64,000 bases of DNA from Mobula hypostoma. Lineage: Eukaryota. The notes beneath the pieces were generated by a model. It had not been told where the DNA came from and ran no database searches. It worked only from the letters and a program-made list of their open reading frames with translations. The DNA is taken from positions 92,196,001 to 92,260,000 of the forward strand of contig NC_086097.1 of NCBI RefSeq assembly GCF_963921235.1. Reading direction: 5' to 3'. The translations under genes were made by a program, and so were the position numbers. Each line of letters opens with the position of its first letter. Position 1 is the first letter of the stretch. Positions 13,053 through 24,026 of this stretch are shown piece by piece.

Positions 13053-15470
13053 CCCACAAATCACTGGTAATCCTCTACATAGTCACACTCCCCTAAATCA
13101 CTAGTAACCTGTACACAGCTATACACTCCCAAATCACCAGTAATACTGCACACAGTCAACTCCCTCCAAATCACTAGGAATCCTTTACACAGTCACACTC
13201 CCCCAAAATCACTAGTAGTGCTGTACAGAGTCACAATCCCCCAAATCACGAATAATCCTGTACAGAGTCACACTCCACCAAATTACTAATAATCCTGTAC
13301 ACAGTCACACCCTCAAATCACTAGTAATCATTTACACAGTCATATCCCCCCAAATCACTAGTAATCCTGTACACAGTCACTGCCCCCCCCAAATTACCAA
13401 TAATCTTGTACAGAGTCACATCCTCCCAAATCATTAGTAATCCTGTACACAGTCATATTCCCCCAACTCACTAGTAATCATGTACACAGTCACACTCCCC
13501 CCAAATCATTAATAGTCCTATACACAATCACACTCCCCCAAATCACTAGTAATCCTGTACAGAGTCTCATCCCCCCAAATCACCAGTAATTGTCTACACA
13601 GTCACATTCCCACCAAATCACTAAAAATCCTGTACACAGTCACACCCCTCCAAATTACTCGTGATCCTGTACATATTTACACCCCGCCAAATCACCAGTA
13701 ATCCTGTAAACAGTAACAGTCTCGCAAATCAATAATAATCCTGTACAGAATCACACTCCCCACAAATCACTAGTAATCCTTTACACAGTCACATCTCCCC
13801 AAATCACCAGTAATCCTCTACACAGTCACATTCCCCCCAAATCACTAAAAATCCTGTACACAGGCACATCCCTCCAAATCACTCGTGATCCTGTCCACAG
13901 TCAACCACCCCCAAATCAATAGTAAGCTTGTAAACAGTCATACTCCACCCAAATCACTAGTAATCCTATGCACAGACACACCCCTAAATCACTAGTAATC
14001 CTGTACAGTCACACACCCCCAAATCACCAATACTACTGTACACAGTCACAATTCATCCTAATCACTAGGAATCCTTTACGCAGTCACATTACCCCCAAAA
14101 TCTCTAGTATCCTGTGCAGAGTCATACTCCCCCAAATCACTAGTAATCCTGTACACAGTCACATCTCCCCAAATCACTAGTAATCCTGTACATATTTACA
14201 CCCCGCCAAATCACCAGTAATCCTGTAAACAGTAACAGTCTCGCAAATCAATAGTAATCCTGTACAGAATCACACTCCCCACAAATCACTAGTAATCCCT
14301 TACACAGTCACATCCGCCCAAATAACAAGTAATCCTGTACACAGTCACATCATCCCAAATCACTAGTAATTCTGTACACAGTCATTTCCACCAAATCATA
14401 AGTAATCCTGTATACAGTCACATTCCACCTAATCACTAGTAATCCTATACTCAGTCACATCCCCCAAAATCACTAGTAATGCTGTACACATCACATCCCA
14501 CCAAATCACTAGTAATCCTGTACATAGACACATCCCCCCCAAATCACTCATAATCCTGTCCACAGTCACACACACCCAAATCACTAGAAAGCCTGTAAAC
14601 AGTCACACTCCCTCCAAATCACAAGTAATCCAGTGCACAGTCACACACCCCTAAATCACTAGCAATCCTGTAAAAAGTCACACTTCCCCCAAATCAATAC
14701 TAATCCAATACACAGTCACATCCCCCCAATTCACAGTAATCTTGTACACAGTCATACACCCCCAAATCACTAGTAACCTTGTACAATCACATCCTCCCAA
14801 ATCACTAGTAATCCTGTATACAGTCACATCCCCCCAAATCACTAGTAATACTGTAAACCGTCACACACCCCCAAATCACTAATACTGATGTACTCAGTCA
14901 TAATTCGTCCTAATCACTAGGAATCCTTTACGCAGTCACATTACCCCCAAAATCTCTAGTATCCTGTGCAGAGTCACACTCCCCCAAATCACTAGTAATC
15001 CTGTACACAGTCACATCCCCCCAAATCACTAGTAATTCTGTACATATTTACACCCCGCCAAATCACCAGTAATCCTGTAAACAGTAACAGTCTCACAAAT
15101 CAATAGTAATCCTGTACAGAATCACACTCCCCACAAATCACTAGTAATCCTTTACACAGTCACATCCGCCCAAATCACCTATAATCCTGTATACAGTCAC
15201 ATCCCCCCAAATCACAAGTAATCCTGTACAGAGTCACACTCCCCGAAATCACTAATAATCCTGTACACAGTCAGACACCCCAAAATCACTAGTAATCCTG
15301 TACACAGTCATATCCCGCCAAATCATGAGTAATCCTGCACACAGTCACATCACCCCAAATCACTAGTAAACCTGTACACAGTCACATCCCCCCATCACTA
15401 GTAATCCTGTACACAGTCACACTCCCCGCAAATCACTAGTAATCCTGTACACAGTCATATACCCCCAAAT
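13053..15470. repeat. Satellite array, segment 4
   Basis: Same monomer. Confidence 0.97.
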
Positions 15471-17970
15471 AGACATTAGACAATAGACAATAGGTGCAGG
15501 AGTAAACCATTCGGCCCTTCGAGCCAGCACTGCCATTCACTGTGATCATGGCTGATCATCCACAATCAGTATCCAGTTCCTGCCTTATCCCCATAACCTT
15601 TGATTCTGCTATCTTTAAGAGCTCTATCCATCTCTTTCTTGAAAGCATCCAGGGACTTGGCCTCCACTGCCTTCTAGGGCAAAGCATTCCACATATCCAC
15701 CACTCTCTGTGTGAAAAAGTTTTTCCTCAACTCCGTTCTAAATGGCGTACCCCTTATTCTTAAACTGTAGCCTTTGGTTCTGGACTCACCCATCAGTGGG
15801 AACATGCTTCCAGCCTCCAGCATGTCCAATCCCTTAATAATCTTATATGTTTCAATCAGATCCCCTCTCATCCTTCTAAATTCCAGTGTATACAAGCCCA
15901 GTCGCTCCAATCTTTCAACATATGACAGATCTGCTATCCTGGGTATTAACCTTGTGAACCTACGTTGCACTCCCTCAATAGCAAGAATGTCCTTCCACAA
16001 ACTTGGAGACCAAAACTACACACAATACTCCAGGTGTGGTCTCACCAGAGCCCGGTACAGCTGCAGAAGGACCTCTTTGCTCTTACACTCAATTCCCCTT
16101 GTTATGAAGGCCAGCATTCCATTAGCTTTCTTCACTGCCTGCTGTACTTGCATGCTTGCTTTCAGTGACTGATGTACAAGAACACCTAGATCTCATTGTA
16201 CTTCCCCTTTTCCTAACTTGACTTCATTTAGATAATAATCTGCCTTCCTGTTCTTACCATCAAAGTGGATAACCTCACATTTATCCACATTAAACTGCAT
16301 CTGCCATGCATCTGCCCACTCACCCAGCCTGTCCAAGTCACCCTGCATTCTCATAACATCCTCCACACATTTCACACTGCCACCCAGCTTTGTGTCATTG
16401 GCAAATTTGCTAATGTTACTTTTAATTCCCTCATCTAAATCATTAATATATATTGTAAACAGCTGTGGTCCCAGCACTGAACCCTGCGGTACCCCACTGG
16501 TCACCGCCTGCCATTCCGAAAGGGACCCGTTAATCGCTACTCTTTGTTTTCTGTCAGCCAGCTAATTTTCAATCCATGTCAGTACTGTGCCCCCAATACC
16601 ATGTGCCCTAATTTTGCCCACTAATCTCCTATGTGGGACTTTATCAAAGGCTTTCTGAAAGTCCAGGTACACTACATCCACTGGCTCTCCCTTGTCCATT
16701 TTCATAGTTACATCCTCAAAAAATTCCAGAAGATTAGTCAAGCACGATCTCCCCTTCGTAAATCCACGCTGACTCAGACCAATCCTGTTACTGCTATCCA
16801 GATGTGTCGTAATTTCATATTTTATAATTGACTCCAGCATCTTTCCCACCACCGACGTCAGGCTAACCGGTCTATAATTCCCTGTTTTCTCTCTCCCTCC
16901 TTTCTTGAAATGTGGGACAACATTAGCTACCCTCCAATCCACAGGAACTGATCCCAAATCTATAGAACATTGGAAAATGATTACCAATGCGCCCACGATT
17001 TCTAAAGCCACCTCCTTAAATACCGTAGGATGCAGACCATCAGGACCCGGGAACTTATCAGCCTTCAGACCCAACAGTCTATCCAACACCATTTCCTGCC
17101 TAATATAAATTTTCTTCAGTTCATCCATTACCCTAGGTCCTTTGCCCGCTATTATACCTGGGAGATTGTTTGTGTCTTCCTTAGTGAAGACAGATCCAAA
17201 GTACGTGTTCAACTCGTCTGCCATTTCCTTGTTCCCCATAATAAGTTCACCTGTTTCTGTCTTCAAGGGCACAATTTTGGTCTTAACTATTTTTTTCCTT
17301 TTCACATACCTTAAGAAGCTTTTACTATCCTCCTTTATATTCTTGGCTAGTTTACCTTGGTACCTCTTTTTTTTCTCCGCGTATTGCCTTTTTAGTTATC
17401 TTCTGTTGCTCTTTAAAAGTTTCCCAATCCTCCGGCTTCCCACTCATCTTTGCTATGTTATACTTCTCTTTTATTTTTATACTGTCCATTACTTCCCTTG
17501 TCAGCCACAGCCTCCCTTCACTCCCCTTAGGATCTTTCTTCCTCTTGGGAATGAACTGATCCTGCACCATCTGCATTATTCCCAGAAAAACCTGCCATTG
17601 TTATTCCACTGTCATCTCTGCTGTGGTATTGTTCCATTGAACTTTACCCAGCTCCTCCCTCATAGCACCATAGTTCCCTTTGTTCAACTGTAATACCGAC
17701 ACTTCCGATTTTCCCTTCTCCCTCTCAATTTGTAGATTAAAACCTATCATATTATGGTCACTAGCTCCTAATGTCTCCTTTACCTCGAGTTCCCTGATCA
17801 AATCTGGTTCATTGCACGACACTAAATCTAGAATTGCATTCTCTCTGGTAGGCTCCAGTACAAGCTATTCTAAGAATCCATCTCGGAGGAACTCCACAAA
17901 CTCCCTTTCTTGGGGTCCAGTACCAACCTGATTCTTCCAGTCTCCCTGCATGTTGAAATCCCCCATAACA
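15471..17970 (-). mobile_element. CR1 LINE, 5'-truncated, ORF2 pseudogene
   Basis: Minus-strand ORFs with NYRPVSLTS, VYLDFQKAFDKVPH, GVPQGSVLGP and KFANDTKL; (TATTGTCT)n 3' tail at ~15471-15492. Confidence 0.95.
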
Positions 17971-18742
17971 AATCTCTACAAATCCTGTACACAATCACAT
18001 TCCCCCCAAATCACTAGTAATTCTGTACACAGTCACATCCTCCCAAATCACTAGTAATTCTGTACACAGTCACATACCCCAAATTACTATTAATCTGGCA
18101 CACATTCACACCCCGCCAAATTACTAGTAATCCTGTACACAGTCACATCACCCTATCACTAGTAATCTTGTACACAGTCACACTCTCCCCAAATCACCAC
18201 TAATCCAGTACACACTCACACTTCACCCAAATCACTAGTAATCCAGTACACAGTCACATCACCCTATCACTAGTAATCTTGTACACAGTCACATCCCCCT
18301 AAATAACTAGTAATCCTGTACACAGTTACATCCCCCTAAATCATGAGTAATCCTGTACACAGTTACATCCCCCTAAATCATGAGTAATCCTGTACACAGT
18401 CACATCCCACCCAAATCACTAGTAATCCTGTACACAGTAACACTCCCGCAAATCACTAGTAATCCTACACACAGTCACATCCGCCTAAATCACTAGTAAT
18501 CCTGTACACAGTCAAATTCCCCACAAATCATGAGTAATGCTGTACACAGTCACATCCCCGCCAAAACACTTGTAATCCTGTATACAGTCACACTCCCCCA
18601 AATCACTAGTAATCCGATACACTGCCACACTCCCCCAAATCACTAGTAATCCTGTACATAGTCACATCCCCCCAGATCACTAGTAATCCTGTACACAGTC
18701 ACACTCCCCCCAAATCACTAGTAATCCTGTACACAATCACAG
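17971..18742. repeat. Satellite array, segment 5 (right end of the array)
   Basis: Same monomer, ending abruptly at ~18742. Confidence 0.95.
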
Positions 18743-19044
18743 ACTCCCGTGCACTAGGATTACCATTTACAAAATCACCTGCCTCTTACACGACAGCTCG
18801 CTGTAGTCTGTTGAGTTCACATTCAGTGTTAGTTTATGTGTTGAGCGGCGCTACGTGATGCAGCTTGGATTGCTTAGGATATGATCCACAGAGTTTAGAC
18901 TAAGCTCTGTTAGACTAAGTGCTTATCTTGTGTGTGAGTGGAAGGGGATAGCTAAAGGAGTAGAATAGACTGCAACAAACAGGGATAAGATTATGTGCTA
19001 CAATTGGGAGCTCAATGTAAATCCTTTTCTGTTGTAAATGTGTG

Positions 19045-19160
19045 TGGAACTTTTCTGAGAGTTTGGTCTGGATGTATGTGCAGATAACCACACCTGGAAC
19101 TTTTCAGAGAGTTAGGAGTTGACATATGAGCAGGCAACCCTGCCTGGAACCTTTCCTGTG
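19045..19160. repeat. Diverged 50-bp tandem repeat, about 2.3 copies
   Basis: TGGAAC(T/C)TTT at 19045, 19095 and 19145. Confidence 0.7.
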
Positions 19161-19714
19161 CTAGGATAAGTGTGAGGTTTGCCTTATGGAATGAGCCTTA
19201 GGAGACTGTGGACTGCGCATCTCCATTTAATTGTAAATCTAATTCCTCACTTTATGCCTCTGGTAATACACGGCGTATGCTAATGAATAGAAAATTTCCA
19301 CTAATTATTGTCAGCACGTTAGCAAACTGATTGAAATCAGTTGATTCCTGTTAAACGATTAGGTTTCCAATCTTTAAGGTCATCAAATAGTTATTTGCAA
19401 GATCTGGATATGCCATAAGTAATCTAGGGGTTATTAAAGAACAACTCAGAGACTGTGAATTTAGTGAGAGGAAAGCTAATCACCTTCCCATGATATGCAG
19501 TCACATTATCATTGTCCTTTCTCTGACTGTCAGCGTCTTGAAGGGTCACATGGTTCTGAAATTCAATTGGTTCCAGTCCCAAAAACACCACAGCAAAAGG
19601 ACCCATCAGAGATTGAGTATAATGTGGCAATTCACTCATTTCCTTCCTCCTCAAAGCATTTGGAGGGCCCATTCAGGAGTGGGATAAACACTTCCCGCTT
19701 CTCTGGACAGTTCC

Positions 19715-20010
19715 AGGATCATTGGGGACCTGAGTCACCCCAACCACAATCTATTCCAGCTGCTACCATCTGAAAAACAGTACCACAGCGTAAAAGCCAG
19801 GACCAACAGTCCTGTTTTTCCACGAGGCCATCAGACTGATTAACTCACACTGATCTGATTGTATTTCTAATTTACAATGACTCTACTAATTATTATAAAT
19901 TATTATAAATTACTATGATTGCACATTTAGATGGAGATGTAACATAAAGATTTTTACTCCTCATGTATGTGAAGGATGTAAGAAATAAAGTCAATACAAT
20001 TCAATTCCAA
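19715..20010 (+). mobile_element. Rex/Babar-like LINE 3' fragment
   Basis: Translates as IIGDLSHPNHNLFQLLPS...KART; ends AATAAAG plus (CAATT)n. Confidence 0.6.
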
Positions 20011-20379
20011 AGGAAAAGAGTTCATGTGTCATTGATTGGAGGTGGATTTTTCTCTGTGGGGTAACAGCAGTGATCTGGGTCGGTTTATCTGTACGGGGTA
20101 TCGATACAGTTCTGAGATATGTCATCCTGTGTACAGCAAGTTTATTTTTACAGTGAGAGATCGGGCAGGAGGTGCAAGCAGGCACAATCGTGGCATTTTA
20201 GAGGCTTTTACGAGAAGGGAATAGAGGGGGAAAAATTCATCTGCAGATTAAAGATTAGCTTTATTTGTCACATGTAGATCGAAACAGTGTGCAATGCACC
20301 GTTTACACCAATGAGCAGCACTGCCCGTGGATGTACTGGGAGCAGCCATAAGCATTGCCATTCTTCTGTTGACAATATA

Positions 20380-20535
20380 ACTTGCCCACAACTAACTAAC
20401 CCTAATCTATATGTTGCTGGACTGTGGGAGGAAACTGGAGCACCCAGAGGAAACCCACATGGTTATGGGGAGAATGTACAGACTCCTTAAGGACAGCAGT
20501 GGGAACTGAACCCCCAATCGCTCATCGCTGGCACT
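20380..20535 (-). mobile_element. V-SINE-like fragment
   Basis: TGTGGGAGGAAACTGGAGCACCCAGAGGAAACCCAC, the reverse of the V-domain core. Confidence 0.7.
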
Positions 20536-20694
20536 ATAAAGTTTCACCATTCAATTCTTCTAAATCCAGGCAGATGGATTTAGTTTTGGTTGACATCATG
20601 ATTGGCCCCGACATTATGGGCTGAATGGTTTGTACCAGTGCTGTTCTATGTTCTAAATGTACTCAGTAAACATCATCAGTCACAAAAAGGACAG

Positions 20695-20850
20695 CAAAAC
20701 ACAGCAGATTTAAGAAATCTGAAATAAAAACAAAAATGTTAGGGATATTGAGACAGCATCTGTGGAGAATGAAATAGCTTCAGAACTACAAAGTTAATTC
20801 TGTTTCTCTCCCCACAGATGCTGCCTGATCTGCCTGGGAGTCCAGTATCT
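20695..20850. mobile_element. Degenerate Penelope-derived fold-back element
   Basis: Inverted arms CAGCATCTGTGGAGA / TCTCCCACAGATGCTG. Confidence 0.55.
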
Positions 20851-20909
20851 CTCATTATAGTTATCCACCAAGAATATCTACATAATTGGAACCCCATTGA
20901 TAACCTGCA

Positions 20910-21330
20910 AGCATCCTGTCTGGGTAGTCTCCAGCCCCTTGGCATGAACATTGAATTCTCCAACTTCCGGTAATTCCCTCCCCCTCCCTTCCCCCATTCC
21001 ATTTTCACTCTGTCCCCTCCTCTGGCTGCCTATCACCTCCCTCATGGTTCCGCCTCCTTCTACTGTCCACTGTGCTTTCCCCTATTCCTTCTTCACCTCT
21101 CCTGCCTACCACCTCCCTGTTTCCCCTCCCCCACCCCTTGACCCTTCCCCTTACTGGTTTTTCACCTGGACCCTACCAGCCTTCTCCTTCCCACCCTCCC
21201 CCCACCTTCTTTATAGGGCCTCTGCCCCTTCCCTCTACAGTCCTGACGAAGGGTTCCGGCCCGAAACATTGACTGATCGTTTCCACAGATGCTGCCCGAC
21301 CTGCTGAATTCCTCTAGCATTTTGTGCATG
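20910..21330 (+). mobile_element. Penelope-like element 3' fragment
   Basis: LGSLQPLGMNIEFSNFR (GIY-YIG C-terminus), pyrimidine-rich UTR, hammerhead motif and terminal repeat. Confidence 0.8.
21238..21275 (+). ncRNA. Minimal type I hammerhead ribozyme motif, partly decayed
   Basis: CAGTC-CTGACGA-AGGGTTCCGGCCC-GAAA-CATT-GACTG: helix I CAGTC/GACTG, helix II GGG/CCC, intact core boxes. Confidence 0.75.
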
Positions 21331-21934
21331 CTGCTCACTCCCTTAATCACCTTGTTACAACACTCCAAGTCTTCTTCAATAGCATCTCCCAAACTCCCAC
21401 GTCTACCACTAGAAACAGAACAACAAGATGTGCAGGAAATAACAATCTTTGCAGTGCCAGAGACCTGAGTTCAACCCTGAGTGACCTCAGATGCTGAGAT
21501 AGTGGCAAGGAAGAAGCACCAGTGGGTCTTCGGGCAAAGTGGTGTTAGTGTATGAAATAACTGGACATTGATGAATGAAGATCAGACATTCTGTTCTTTA
21601 TAATATATATGCCAATGACCTGATTATAATGATACTTCCTGATAAACTTCTCCAGCTGTAAAGAAGTGTATCTGCAGCCTGCTCTCCTGCACTCATGTGC
21701 TTTACGCATTTCACTGCACTAAGGAACATTGTACTGTTATTCTCAGACAGCAGATACGATCTCAGCTTTCCTTCCCAACACCCCAACTCTTAGAGCACGC
21801 GCTTGATTTTCAAGTATTTATCCAATGCCTTTTTGGAAGTTACTATTGACCACATGCTATACAAATGGAAATCTTTCTCAAGCACTTCACAGGCAGTGCT
21901 ACTTTAAAAGTTCAATTTGCCGCTGACTTGGGAA

Positions 21935-22795
21935 ATCAGCCAGCATAATCAAAGACCCCCCTCCGACCCTGGTCATTCTCTTATCACACCCCTCCCATCA
22001 GGCAGAAGATACAAAAATTTGAGAACACACAGCACCAGGTCCAAGGACAGCTTCTAGCTCAGTGTTAGAAGACTAGTTAGTGGACTTTTATACGAGGGGT
22101 GACTGATAAGTCCGTGGCCTAAGGTAGAAGGAGTCAATTTTAGAAAACCTAGCACAATTATTTTTTGCTACATTTACACAATTAGTCCAGCGGTTGTGGA
22201 ACATACAGATCCCTTCTTTGTAGAAGTTGGTGTCTTGGACCTTCAGAAAGTGGTCTGCAGCAGGGGTGATTGATAGGTTCGTGGCCTAATGTAGAAGGAG
22301 ATGAATTATTAACTTGAAACTTTCTACATTTTCACCCAAAGAGTTGAACTGCACGTGCATGTAACAAGAGCTATATAACCCATCTCCTTCTACCTTAGGC
22401 CACGAACTTATCAGTCACCCCTGCTGTGGACCACTTCTACAAAGAAGGGATCCGTATGCTCCACGATCGCTGGACTAAGTGTGTACATGTAGGAGGGGAC
22501 TATGTTGAAAAATAAATATGCTAGGTTTTCTAAAATTGACTCCTTCTACTTATCAATCACCCCTTGTACAATAAAATTGAACGCTTGATCTCTCAGTCCA
22601 CCTTGCAATTTACCTGTCTTTCTCTCCTGCACCTTCTCTGTAACTGTAACACATTACTCTGCATTCTGCTTTTGTTTTTCCTTTTGTAACACCTGGATAT
22701 ACTTATGTATGGGATGATCTGTCAGGGTTGCATCCAAATGAAAGCTTTTCATTGTATACAAGTACATATGGCAATAAACAAACTAATTCCCAATT
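21935..22795 (+). mobile_element. Rex/Babar-like 3' fragment, interrupted by the mariner MITE
   Basis: SIIKDP..LPSGRRY..TR.KDSF motif; AATAAA and short-repeat tail at ~22773-22795. Confidence 0.55.
22093..22566. mobile_element. Mariner-derived palindromic MITE
   Basis: TA flanks; TIR CGAGGGGTGACTGATAAG / CTTATCAATCACCCCTTG; the whole element is an inverted repeat; HFYKEGIRMLHDRWTKCVHVGGDYVEK* at ~22432-22514. Confidence 0.88.
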
Positions 22796-22829
22796 ACTGT
22801 TACGTCAGTAACCAAAGTGCACATCACAA

Positions 22830-23000
22830 GATCCCATAAAGAGCACTGGAGTGAAGCAGTTATATTTCGCAGAGTTAATTGAGTTGATTTGGCGCAGACT
22901 CTGGGAGAAATAGTCTTCTTCAAAGAGTGTCACAGGAGCATTTACATTCAGTTGAACCGTAGGTCTGGCCTTGATTTACCTTCCCGTTTCAAATCTGGAA
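22830..23000 (-). mobile_element. Deu-domain SINE relic
   Basis: Resembles the reverse complement of the Deu core also seen near 36650 and 47740. Confidence 0.4.
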
Positions 23001-24026
23001 GCTTTGAATATGCAATAAAGAAAAAGTTCAATTTTTGTTCATTTTTTTGCGCAGAGAGAGAGGGGCTTGGGGGCTGATGTTCTTGTGCTTTGTGTGGCAG
23101 GAGAAGGGTTTGGCGGGGATGATAGTGTTGCTGTTCGTTTTGTGTGTGGGTGGGTGTGGGAGTGTGGCATTGCTGTTTCCCTTGGACTGACTTCCATGTT
23201 TGTCTTTGTTCCGTAGTTATCTGGAGAAGATGAATCTCAGAGCTGTACACTGCTAACATACTTTGATAGTAAATGAACCTTTGAACATTTCAGTTCAGGA
23301 ACTGGTTCACCAAATGAACGACCCACCTTCTAACTTAGTGACATATGTTTCTCCATTGAACAAAGGAGGGCAGGTATAGGATCTCAGTTTGAGATGCACT
23401 TCAAGACAAAGTAACTTCTGGATGTGAAACTTTGAGTGATGATAAGGCAGCAGATCTGGAGCAAGATGATGTGATAAAGAGTTAGATTTCAGTAGAAGCC
23501 AGTGGCAGTTCCAAGTAAACAACATGATCTCTGTCACGTAAGATCGAACACAGAGATGACTGCAAAGAGTTGAAAGACATTGTAAACAACTAAGAAGAGA
23601 AAATGATTTGTAAATTACATAAAGAAAGTCCACTGACTTGCCAATAGTCACAAGATGCTAACTGCCTCGGCTCAATTAAAACACACAGACTTCTGAAGTA
23701 AAATTGAAAAGATGATGAAATTAATCATCAGACTTCAGACTTCGTGTTTGCTTTTGGAAGCTTTACCACCACTGGGACCTCATATTAAAACTCAGGTAGA
23801 CAATTACATTCATATAAGACCATAAGCTATAGGAGCGGAATTAGGCCATTGCCCTGACCAGTCAAGAATCTATCAACCTCTGCCTTAAATATACATAAAA
23901 ACCTGGCCTCCACAGCTGCCTGTGGCAAAGAATTCCACAGATTCACCAGTTTCTGGCTAAAGAAATTCAGGCTCATCTTCATTCTAAAATGATGCCCCTC
24001 TAGTCTGAGGCTTAATCTCAGGTTTT

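Noticed and set aside
11759..13096. Pro/Ser/Leu-rich ORFs
   Set aside because: They arise from low-complexity repeats inside a solo LTR.
8413..14180. Short ORFs in the satellite (KSLVILYTVT-type repeats)
   Set aside because: Translations of the tandem repeat; the monomer length varies and frames are not maintained.
1..18742. CRISPR array (37-bp repeat with palindromes)
   Set aside because: Repeats are adjacent with only short poly-C linkers, there are no unique spacers or cas genes, and the context is eukaryotic.
19484..19769. Possible minus-strand host exon (TTTTCAG/ ... AAG/GTGATT; ORF 19424-19672)
   Set aside because: The acceptor lies inside a Rex/Babar fragment, all three frames contain stops, and no partner exons or recognisable protein were found.
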